Below are positions 37,735 through 48,459 of a stretch of DNA of 64,000 nucleotides, one piece after another; positions within the stretch are counted from its first letter, which is position 1, and each line of letters starts with the position of its first letter. A program made the translations under genes and the position numbers. The DNA is from the human T2T-CHM13v2.0 reference genome, Homo sapiens, in the NCBI RefSeq assembly GCF_009914755.1, contig NC_060933.1. One strand, written 5' to 3'. The notes under the pieces are model-generated. The model searched no databases, was not told the origin of the DNA, and was given only the letters and a program-made list of their open reading frames with translations.

Positions 37735-38510
37735 ATTCTATTAGTCACATGTAGTTTATAGGTACAGAGGTCAGACGTCCAAAATAGGTCTGACTAGGCT
37801 AAAATTATATCAGCAGGACTGAGTTCACTCTGGAGACTCTAGGGAAGAAATCTGTTTCTTTTTCCCAGCTTCAAAAAGCCACCTGCAGCACTTGCCTCGT
37901 GGTCACATTACTCTGACTTCTGTTTTTATCCCAGCTCCTTTACAGACCCTCCTGTCTCCCTCCTCTAAGGCCCCCTGTGATAACATTTGACCACTCTGAT
38001 AATCCAAGATAATCTCCCTATCTTAAAATCCTTAATTTAATCACATTTGTAAAGTCTCTTTTGCTGTGTAAGGTAACATTCACAGATACCAAAGATTAGG
38101 ATATGAGCATTGCTGTGGTTTGAATGTGTCCCCCAAATTTCACGTGTTGGAAACTTAATCCCCAAATTTATATGTTTATGGTATTTGGAGGTGGGGCCTT
38201 TGGGAGGTAATTAAGATTAAAGTCATCAGGGTGGGGCTCCCATGACGGGACTGTGGCTTTATAAGAAGAGGAAGAGACACCTGAGCCGGCTGGCCCTTGC
38301 CCTCCCTCCATGGGATGCCCTCCACCATGTTATGATGCAGTAGAAGGCCTTCACCAGATGTTGCCCCTCTACCTTTGACTTCCCAGCCTCCAAAATGGTA
38401 AGAAATAAATTTCTTTTCTTTATAAATTACCCAGGCTGTGGTAGTCCTTTATACCAACATAAAATTGACTAAGACAGACATCTTTGGGGGCCATTTTTCT
38501 ACCACATTCA
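37735..38510. mobile_element. MLT1 LTR with a nested MST-type LTR (38111-38476)
   Basis: MLT1 end GATTAGGATATG...GACATCTTTGGGGG is split by TGCTGTGGTTTGAATGTGTCCCCC...GACTAAGACA. Confidence 0.72.
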
Positions 38511-38998
38511 TCCTCCTACATTCACTTCCCACAACTTTCCTTTCCATGACTTTTACAATCTAAGCCAAACCTATTCAGCATTTTCTGTGTGTACCACACT
38601 TCCTCACACCTTTACAACTACCAATCCTTCCTTTGGAAAGGTGCTTGGCCCTCCTGGCTTTCTACCTGTGGAACTCTAAGAGACAGAACAGAATAGTGGG
38701 TAAGAGGCCTAACTCTGGAGTCAGACAGTTTGGGCTCAAATATGAGTCTGCCACTTACTAGGAATTTTTGGTAAATGGTTTTGTTTTGTTTTAACCTAGA
38801 TCTAAATGCCAGATTGTAACAAATACAAGAAATAGAAAAACCAGGGAAACTGCACCACAAGGAAACAATTACACAGATCCAGAATGTGTAACGTTCCACA
38901 GGCAAAAATGACCTGGTTTGATGAACAGATGTTAAAAAAGGTGGCAGGGGTGTGTGTGGGGAGGGTGTCTATGTAGGTAGAGGTTGGGGGGTTGTTTA

Positions 38999-39448
<450 letters not shown>

Positions 39449-39666
39449 TTAAGGACGTCTAAGCGTAAGTATGATGTGGTTATGCATTTTTTAAAAAATT
39501 TTCCTGAGATGCACACCATAAACACAGAGATACACTGAAAAGTTTTATTTAGGAGTGAACTGACATATCTGAGATCTCTTCAGTAATATTCTAGAAAAAA
39601 AAAGTTAGAGAGGAACAGATGAAACATGATTGGCAAACGGTAATTGCTGAAGCTAAATGACTGGAA

Positions 39667-39889
39667 CAAGTTGAGTATCCCTTACCCAAAACACTTGGGA
39701 CCAGAAGTGTTTCAGGGTTTTTTGGAATCTGGAATATGGGCATTTTGTTAACCAGTTCAGTATCTCTAATAGGAAAATCTGAAATCTGAAGTGCTCCAAT
39801 GAGCATATCCTTTGAGCTCATGTCAGTGTTGTTCAACGTTTTGGACTTTTGGAGCATTTCAGATTTTCAGATTAAAGATGCACAACCTG
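39667..39889. mobile_element. Tigger4/MER46-type MITE
   Basis: CAAGTTGAGTATCCC...GATGCACAACCTG termini. Confidence 0.7.
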
Positions 39890-40280
39890 TACATGGGAGT
39901 TGATTCTATTATTCCATGTGTTTGAACTTTTCACAGTGCAGATGGTCCTTGACTTACAATGGTTCAACTTAAAATTTTTTTGACTAGTCAGGATGTAATC
40001 CCATTGTAAATTAAGGAGCATCTATACATTTATTTAAAAATATATCTCCCAGGAAGTTTTTTTCCCCCAGGTTCTGCCAGAAAGTAATTTCCTTGTCCAT
40101 TTTCCTTAACAGTTTATTCACATTTTTGCCATCATAGTAATTATACCTAATTATTTACTCTTATTATACTGTGCCTAAAATTTACTTCTTATTGTGTGCT
40201 TATGTGCAAGGAACTCTGCTATGTGCTAGGCACTCCGTGGTGAACAAGACAGACATGGCCTCTACACTAGCTTCACAGAG

Positions 40281-40356
40281 TTGTTTTTTTTTTTTTTGAG
40301 ACGGAGTCTCGCTCTGTCGCCCAGGCTGGAGTGCAGTGGCACAGTCTTGGCTCACT
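40281..40356 (-). mobile_element. Severely 5'-truncated Alu
   Basis: Only the Alu 3' ~60 nt plus T-tract, flanked by ACAGAG. Confidence 0.8.
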
Positions 40357-40613
40357 AACAGAGAGTATTTTATAGCGCAGATAGGGAGACAACCACCACC
40401 TAAGCAAACATGCAATTGCGACAGTGGGAGGGAAGCCCACTGGAGTCGGTGGCAAGGGCATAATGGGGAAATTGAAGAACTTTCTGTAGAGAAGTTGATT
40501 AAGGAAGGCCTTTCAGAAGATGAAATGCTTAATCTGAGACCTGAAGGATTCTATCATGTATGAACGAATGTTTGTGTCTGCTCCCAGCCACCAAATCATG
40601 CGTGGAAATTCCA

Positions 40614-41440
40614 GGCCGGGTGTTGTGGCTCATACCTGTAATTCTGTTACAGGAAAGGGGTCCAGTCCAGATCCCAAGGGAGAATTCTTGGATCTCGTGC
40701 AAGAAAGAATTCAGGGTGAGTCCACTGTGCAAAATGAAAGTAAGTTTATTAAGAAAGTAAAGGAATAAAAGGATGGCTACTCCATAGACAGAACAGCCGA
40801 GGGCTGCTGGTTGCCCATTTTTATAGTTATTTTTTGCTTATATGCTAAACGAGGGGTGTATTATTCATGCCTCCCCTTTTTAGACCATGTAGGGTAACTT
40901 CCTGATGTTGCCATGGCATTTCTAAACTGTCATGGCACTGGTGGGAGTGTAACAGTGAGGACCAAAGTCACTCTCTTCGCCATTTTGGTTTTGGTGGGTT
41001 TTGGCTGGCTCCTTTGCTGCAACCTGTTTCATCAACAAGGTCTTTATGACCTGTATTTTGTGCTGACCTCCCATTTCATCCTGTGACTTAGAATGCCTTA
41101 ACTGTCTGGGAATGCAGCCCAGTAGGTTTTAGGCTCATCTTACCCAGCTCCTGTTTAAGATGAAGGTGCTCTGGTTCACTTGCCTCTGACGATCCCAGCA
41201 CTTTGCGAGGCCAAGGCGGGCAGTTCACTTGAGGTCAGGAGTTCGAGACCAGCCTGGCCAAAATGATGAAAACCCGTTTCTACTAAAAATACAAAAACTA
41301 GCTGGGCCTGTAATCCCAGCTGCTCTGGAGGCTGAGGCAGAATGGCTTGAACCTGGGAGGGGGAGGTCGCAGTGAGCCAAGATCACACCACTGCACTCCA
41401 GCCTGAGCAGCAGAGTGAGACTGTCTCCAAAAAAAAAAAA
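40614..41440 (+). mobile_element. Alu split by a MER41A-like LTR (pieces 40614-40644 and 41192-41440)
   Basis: GGCCGGGTGTTGTGGCTCATACCTGTAATTC | ATCCCAGCACTTTG. Confidence 0.88.
40645..41191 (-). mobile_element. Solo MER41A-like LTR
   Basis: Minus strand begins (C)GTCAGAGGCAAGTGAACCAGAGC, close to the recalled MER41A/B start, and ends CCTGTAACA; ~547 bp; 4-bp near-TSD ATTC/ATCC. Confidence 0.82.
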
Positions 41441-42100
41441 GGGCGGGGGGTGGAATTCCAAACACCCTCTTCCCCCAAGAAGTGATTGTATTAGGAAGTT
41501 AGGAGGTGGGGCCTTCGGGAGGTAATCAAGATTAGATGGTCATGAGGGTGGGGCCCTCACCCATGGAGATTATAAATGTCCTTAGCCGGCCTGTCTCACT
41601 TGTTCAGAAACCGGAAAAGTCCGTGGTCTGCAGTGTGGAAAAGGGCACCCGGACCTCTTACTTCCAGCCTCTAGTCTGGAAACTTTGTCTAAGGTACCCC
41701 ATCTACATTACTTAGTCACAGCCACCCTGAACCCACTAGCCTGTACTGCGCTGGAGCATTTCGCATAAAATGAAATTAACATAAAAATGACACGTGCTCG
41801 TTGTGGAAAAAATACCAAAAAGATCACTTTTAATTCTGTCATCTAAAAATAACCACCAGTTACATTTATAAATTTCTTCCAGTAACTTTTTTATATGAAC
41901 ATGTTTTTAAACTTGGGTCAATATTAAAAGACCAGAAGTTGTTAAACATCATTTTAAATCCCCTTATCCAGGAATTAGCATTGTTATTCTTGGCCGCAGC
42001 AGAATATTATTTTATTCCCTCAAGCTTTCCATGGCTTGGGTCTGCCCTGGTTTTGAACATTAGGTTAGGCTACAGAAAGCATTCTGGGTCTCTGGCCCAT

Positions 42101-42233
42101 TTGTTTCTTTCTTTGTGGAGACGGGGTCTGGCTCTGTTGCTCAGGCCTGTCTGGAACTCCTGGGCTCAAGCGACACTCCACCTCGGCCTCCCGAGTGGCT
42201 GGGACCACTGGCGCCCGCCGCCACCGCGCCGGC
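42101..42233 (-). mobile_element. Fossil Alu monomer (FLAM/FAM-like) at the CpG island edge
   Basis: Single ~130-bp 7SL-derived arm with A-rich tail, retaining many CpGs. Confidence 0.75.
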
Positions 42234-43620
42234 TCCGGGCCTCTCTCTACGCGTGGCTCCGCAGGCTCCATTCTCCACACAGTCGTCTAGGGGGGCGCCA
42301 GGAGCCCCGCGACGGGCCAGGCCGGAAGCTCAGCAAGTGCACCAGGCGGCGAAACGGCCGGCTGCGCAGGGCAGCCCCGGACACAGCCACGCCGCGGCCG
42401 CCCGGCGCTCCCCCGACCCAGCCGACCACGAAGCCGCCCTCCCCCTCACACCGCAGAACCTTTCTGCCTTTTACTACTTTTCAAAGTGGACCTAGGCTCC
42501 TGGCTCGAGCCTGAGGGGATACAAGGGATCACGAGGAGCGCCATCACCGTGCAAGGTCGACAGCTTCCGCTCAAAGCCCTGTGGCCCACGCTTCCGGCCT
42601 CGACCGACTACGTCATCACCAAACCCCGTGATACCTCACTCCACCTTCAGGTCCTCCGTCCCAACGGTTCCGTGTCCTGGAACTTTCCACGTTCCTGCGC
42701 ACGCGCTCTGCGGCCCTTAACGTCCCGACTTCGCCCTCCTCTGGCCACGCCCCTGCCCGTTAAGGGCCCTGCCACCCCCGTGACGTACCTATCTTCCCTC
42801 GGGCAACCTCGCAACAGATCTCTGATTGGCTGACCCAGGAAGCGGACTTTGCGAGGCGGCGGCGACGATAGGCTGGCAGCCGGCCGACTTCCGCAGAAGG
42901 TGATTGGTCGGCGCTGCTGTCCAATCGGCGGCGGGCTGTCGGATTCAAATTCGGATCGTTGGGACTGCGGTCGTTAGTCTCCGGCGAGTTGTTGCCTGGG
43001 CTGGACGTGGTTTTGTCTGCTGCGCCCGCTCTTCGCGCTCTCGTTTCATTTTCTGCAGCGCGCCAGCAGGATGGCCCACAAGCAGATCTACTACTCGGAC
43101 AAGTACTTCGACGAACACTACGAGTACCGGTGGGCGCCTTTCTTAGACCCCGAGCCGGCTCCCTCAGCCGGGGCCCCCGCGGGCGGGGCGACCCAGGCAT
43201 AGTAGGGTCGGGGGTGGGGGCCGGGGCCTGGGGGGCGGAGCCCGGGGCCGGAGGGCGAGGGCCGGGGTTTGGGGTCGCGGCCACCTGGCGCCCCGCGCAG
43301 TCGGACATGGTTGGGTGCCTGGCCGCGCCGGGCCGGTTGGGCCTTTGTTCGGTGTGCGCGGAGGGTGAGGGAAGAGTGCCCACCGGGCCGCATTTAGTAC
43401 CTGGGTAGGAACCGGCGCAACTTGGGGGTCATGGGGTCCTCGGCGACGCGGAGTGACCATCCCGTCACTTTTTTCTCGGCCGTGGCCGAAGTAATTAGGC
43501 CGTTCAGTAGCTGGTCTCAGTTCCAGTTCTTTGAACCAGTCCAGGAAAACCCACCTGGTGCCGTCCTTTTTCCTTTAGCAACCGTGACACACTTTCCCTG
43601 TCGCTGACGGGGTGATGCAG
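42200..43620. promoter_or_regulatory. CKS2: CKS2 CpG island promoter with NF-Y boxes and CHR element
   Basis: High GC/CpG; ATTGG 42825 and 42903, CCAAT 42921; TTCAAA (reverse CHR TTTGAA) 42944-42949; TGACGT 42781; GGAAG ETS core near 42838. Confidence 0.85.
43071..43129 (+). CDS. CKS2: CKS2 coding exon 1 (MAHKQIYYSDKYFDEHYEYR), CDK regulatory subunit 2
   Basis: Recognised N-terminus; GT donor at 43130; 59 nt. Confidence 0.98.
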
Positions 43621-44002
43621 CTTTTACTAGTTTGTGGTTTAGAATGGTCAAATGGTCATTTTCATCTGTTAACACAGAGGAACACTTTTCTTTTTCTTGT
43701 TTTTGAAGTGAGTGGTATAAGAATAAGCTTTGGAGGCGACCCCCCGAAAAATGAGCTTGATGGGGATTCGAAAATGTTTACTGGGTATGGTGATTTGGGC
43801 CATTATAGGTTAGCCGCAGTCATACAATTGAGGGTATTATTAAAGGAGTTTCATTTTAAGGCCGATTAAGAACTTGAGTGGACTTTGGGCATCATTTTCT
43901 GCTAGTATACACTGGCCAAATTTTGGGCTTTGAGAAACTTTTGCGTTTGAGTCCTGAAGCACCGTACTAGAACATGGTGGCTGTAATCGATCAGTAAAAT
44001 TA

Positions 44003-44084
44003 GACAAATTTTAAATGTCCCTGTCCCCTTCCCCCCAATTAAAGTAGATTGGGGGAAAGCGAGTAGGGACATTTAAAATTTGTT
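44003..44084 (+). ncRNA. MIR3153: pre-miR-3153 hairpin in CKS2 intron 1 (mature approx 44052-44074)
   Basis: Perfect 19-bp stem 44004-44022/44065-44083 plus an inner C-run/G-run stem; matches recalled miR-3153 GGGGAAAGCGAGUAGGGACAUUU. Confidence 0.85.
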
Positions 44085-46389
44085 GTCCTTACTGTATGCG
44101 GGACACTTCATTTAGGGCGTGGCTTCAGAAAACAGTCAACCCCTTTTTCTTAACTAGGTAGCGACTAGAACGCTGCGTTCTGGGATACTACCAAGATTTA
44201 GGGGAGATAAAGCCCATGCCATCGTTGGCCAAATTGTGACCTTGTTTTCTGTCTGCTGCCTTTGTAGGTTAGATTTCTCCGAATGCTATTTAAGGAAGAA
44301 AGAACAAAACAGTGGGTGGTTTCTCTTTTTCTCCCCCTCCCTAGTAGCATGGAAGTCTGTTTTCACATGAGGACTACTGAATATTTCTATGGGTAGTAGT
44401 AATTGCACCCTTTTGTATTCCTAGCTAGAAAAATAGCATGTTTTTCTGGCTGTAGGTAAATTTCAAGTAGATTGTGTTAACCTTATAGTAATAATAAACT
44501 ATACTCGTGTAATATGCTGGCAGTGTTCAATTATGCGATGTTAATCAAGAGCCCTATTGAGGATATCCAATAATGAACACAATGTAAACCGTAATAATCT
44601 TACTAAAACCTAGAAAATTATTCTGAAACACATCTGGTGCCAAGTGTTTAGGATAAGGATTTAAGGGTCGGTACAAGTTTCTTTTAGGGTATAATATTGA
44701 AAATAAATGAAGCTATTTCTCAGACTTCTTTCTGATGGCAGTAGGTCGATTTTTTAGTTTTAATATACTCAAATGATTTGTGTGTGGTAATGTATAGAAG
44801 AAAGTTTACATATCTGAAGTGATGTATTTTAATCCAATAAAAATTAGAGCTGGTATTAATTGGCCAAGCCAGTAACCTTTATGAAACAGGATAGTAATTT
44901 CCACACATAATTTTAAAGGGGAAACTAGTAATAATATAGCACTAAGGCATGAGTCTAGGGTGGTTTGTATTAATATGTAATGGTGCAGCATGCAATGTAA
45001 ATTTCAAAGGCTAGTATTTATTTTTCCCAGTGTGCAGTTATCTCTATCTTTCTTTGATTTTTCTTAATTACAAACTTAATTTCCTAGTCCTTTTACGTGA
45101 GGGTCTTAATGTTTCTAAGGGCATAACAGTGGGTGCCCCCACCCCCACATCATGGAAGTCTGTTTTCACAAGAGAAAAACTGTTAATTTTTCTGGGCAGC
45201 CTTACAAATTAGTAATACTTGCACTATTTTGCATTTCAACTGAAATAAACGTTAGATTTTGGAAATAATTTTCCTTACATGTAGTTAGTTTGAAATCTCT
45301 GTGTGGCAAAATACAGGTAGAATCCTCATATGGGGTTGATGCTACTTAAACATTTTTCCTTTATAAAGAAACCCTGATGGAGGAGAGCCTGTTTCCGTGT
45401 TTATGGAGAAGGGTGGTAACTTCTATCTAAATAACTTGTTGGTAGATTTATGTACTCTGTAAGTTTGATAGAAAAGGTACAAAAGCACTACATTTCTCTT
45501 TGAGAATAATCAACAAGATAGAACGTAGAAATAAGATAACAGATTATTTGAAGTTAGATGTTAAAGCAGCATTTCAAGAATGTGGGTGATAACTGGTAAG
45601 AATTACAAAGAATCACTATATAGTTCACTGGAATTGATGAAAACTCTACAAATTATGGTAGTAAGCTATGACTTGGTGGCCTTAAGGCAATCTAACAACA
45701 CAGTAGAATTTTTCTGAGGCTCACTTTGCCCTGCAAATAAATTGGTACTTAACCACAGACTAAAATTTAAGTTGATGACAGCTGGGTGCTTATAGCGGGT
45801 TAGGGATTCAGTTTACTGTGTCTCAGAAAGTGACCAGATTGCACCTCATTCATCCCCAGCCAGCTGACTCACAGACAGATATCTTATACTGGTTAAAAAT
45901 TTGGGTTGGTGGTTATGGATGGTTCAGTATAAAACTGTTGCTACTACTGCAGGTGGTAAACATGGAGCTGAGAATTGTGACTTTCATAAAGTCCTTTTTA
46001 TGGTAATTGAGTAAAAATTCTTACTCAATTTGGGGAAAGAGATTTGTTAGGCAAATCTTTGATAGAATGCTTTGGGATACTGTTAATGATACAGATTTGT
46101 TTTTGAGAATCTCGTAAGGCTACAATTATACATATTGATGGTTTAACTTTGAAGGTTATTCCATGCTTGCCTAAGAAACTGAACAATGTAAGTTTTGGAT
46201 ATAGGTCAGTAAATTAACTGGAAAACGGTGAGGTTGCACACAATGTGTATGTACAGTTAGTGGTTTTCTGTTTTTAATTTTGAACAAAGTACTTGAAGTA
46301 TAAAGCAACTTCTGGAGCATACAAGGACTAGTAGCTACTACAAAGCTAGTGTTGAGTAAGAGGAAACCCAAATTAACTGTAACTTAGAT

Positions 46390-46720
46390 TTTTTCGTTAC
46401 ATAAAAGTCTAATAATCTGGGGCAGGGATAACAGCATTACAGTCAAGGACTAGGCTGGGTCCTTACCTCTTGTTGCTTTACCGTTCTCAATTTACAGTTG
46501 CTTCTATGGTCCTAGATTCCTGCTCTGGCTCCCTGATCATATTAATGTGCATTCAACAAGAAGGAGAAAAAGAGTTCAGCATGTTCTTTCCCTTTGAGAA
46601 CACTTTTCATAATAAGTTACACATTTTCTTATATCTTGTTGGCTTATGATTTGGAGGCTGGTAACCATATGTTCAACTTATATTTTGGGGTTCTCTTCCT
46701 GAAGAAGATTAAGGCAACTG
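46390..46720. mobile_element. Decayed MLT1-like LTR fragment in CKS2 intron 1
   Basis: Loose similarity to old MLT1 LTRs (CTTATATCTTGTTGGC...GGAGGCTGG). Confidence 0.4.
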
Positions 46721-46947
46721 GTAAGCATTCTGTGATAAGAGAAAAAGATTAATCCTATGGAAAATGCTTTCTGCTTTTGGATTGTGCACTCTTAGCTCCC
46801 TAATTTGAACATAGGCCATCATATCAGAATTAAAGGTAGTAGATTGCAGTTCTCAATATTAAAGCAACAGAGTTCCTTAAGGTACATGTATAAAGCGACA
46901 GTTGTAGAAAAGGCACTGGACTAACACTTGGCTGTATCTTGTAACAG

Positions 46948-47075
46948 GCATGTTATGTTACCCAGAGAACTTTCCAAACAAGTACCTAAAACTCATCTGA
47001 TGTCTGAAGAGGAGTGGAGGAGACTTGGTGTCCAACAGAGTCTAGGCTGGGTTCATTACATGATTCATGAGCCAG
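46948..47075 (+). CDS. CKS2: CKS2 coding exon 2 ([42 protein letters not shown])
   Basis: CTAAC branch-like motif at 46921, AG at 46946-46947, GTAAG donor; 128 nt, phases consistent. Confidence 0.98.
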
Positions 47076-48146
47076 GTAAGCTATGCTATGTTATAGTAAA
47101 GCAGTAATTGTTGAAATATTGGTGGTTATGGTTGTCAAAATTTTAAAAATATCATTGACATCAAATGATATCTGAAAGTAACTGTTCTGATAAGTTTTTT
47201 TTTTAATGACTAATTTCTTGACTCTGGAGAGAGTTCCAATTTTATGGTAAATAAAATACCACAGCAGTGAAAGTAACACATTATTCTACTTGGAAAATAA
47301 TGTAAGAAGTAAAAAAAAAAAAAAAAAATGTATTTTAAAATCTGTATCATTGTTAACAGTATCCCAAAGCATTTTATCATAAATATATCCTAAGACAAGT
47401 GTTCTTATCTATGTGTGGAAATTGATTTAATTTAAAGTGATTCTTCAGCCCTCTGAAAGGATATATACCACATGAAGTTTAAATGAGGTAATAGCATATG
47501 AACTCAACTGTGCTTATGGGTACCTTATGCTATTATGTGGTATTAACCAAAAGTTTTTCAGGTGTTAAATAGTAAACTCTACTAAAACTTTGTGGGTTTT
47601 CTAGACTAAAACAGTGTGGGTTAAATTTTATATTTGGATTATCAGTAAATCTAACAGCATTTATAATGCTTTGAACAAAATTTGAAGACATACTATAGAA
47701 GCTGAAGTAGGTGGAATTAAAACTATCTTCTACTCTGCTGTTAAAGAAAAGCATTGCATCGAAAACTCTAAAAGGACTCATCACTTTCTTGGGATTGAGA
47801 TACGTAATCCTATTAGAATTCAGTCCAGATAATACAAAAGCAACTGAAGAACTTAAGTGTAGATTTCTGTGCCCCACCTATTGAAACAGAATCTATGGGG
47901 ATGAGCATTAGTATGAGATCCTGTAGGTGATTTGAAGGAGGTGTTTTTCCCTATAAAGAGGTAATCTTTTTACTTTTAATCTATTTACTGTAGACAGTAA
48001 CTGTGAAAAAAAAATCATTGGATACCTCAAACCAATTAATAGTGGACTTAGTTTATTTTATTCTGGCTTAGTTGAGAATACTTTTGAATTTCTGTTGAGT
48101 ATATGAAAATCATATTAAAATGATTCAAAACATTTTCTTTCCACAG

Positions 48147-48199
48147 AACCACATATTCTTCTCTTTAGACGACCTCTTCCAAAAGATCAACAAAAATGA
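48147..48199 (+). CDS. CKS2: CKS2 coding exon 3 (EPHILLFRRPLPKDQQK*)
   Basis: Pyrimidine tract plus CAG acceptor; TGA 48197-48199; total CDS 240 nt = 79 aa. Confidence 0.98.
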
Positions 48200-48453
48200 A
48201 GTTTATCTGGGGATCGTCAAATCTTTTTCAAATTTAATGTATATGTGTATATAAGGTAGTATTCAGTGAATACTTGAGAAATGTACAAATCTTTCATCCA
48301 TACCTGTGCATGAGCTGTATTCTTCACAGCAACAGAGCTCAGTTAAATGCAACTGCAAGTAGGTTACTGTAAGATGTTTAAGATAAAAGTTCTTCCAGTC
48401 AGTTTTTCTCTTAAGTGCCTGTTTGAGTTTACTGAAACAGTTTACTTTTGTTC

Positions 48454-48459
48454 AATAAA
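48454..48459 (+). terminator. CKS2: CKS2 polyadenylation signal
   Basis: AATAAA ~255 nt after the stop, followed by a U/GU-rich downstream region. Confidence 0.85.

Noticed and set aside
41939-43460. ORFs of 100-207 aa on both strands around CKS2 exon 1
   Set aside because: CpG-island low-complexity Pro/Arg/Gly frames; the real CDS is the 59-nt spliced exon
44626-44980. Short matches to CKS2 exon 2 in intron 1 (AAACACATCTGGTG; GAGTCTAGGGTGG) suggesting a decayed duplicate exon
   Set aside because: Matches are short, wrongly spaced and lack splice sites; likely chance
45661-45670. GTAAGCTATG identical to the exon 2 donor
   Set aside because: Poor exonic context (GTA|GT) and no identifiable upstream acceptor/exon
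48258-48274. CAGUG-loop hairpin resembling an iron-responsive element
   Set aside because: The stem only pairs with a 5-nt (or shorter) loop rather than CAGUGN, and the bulged C is absent
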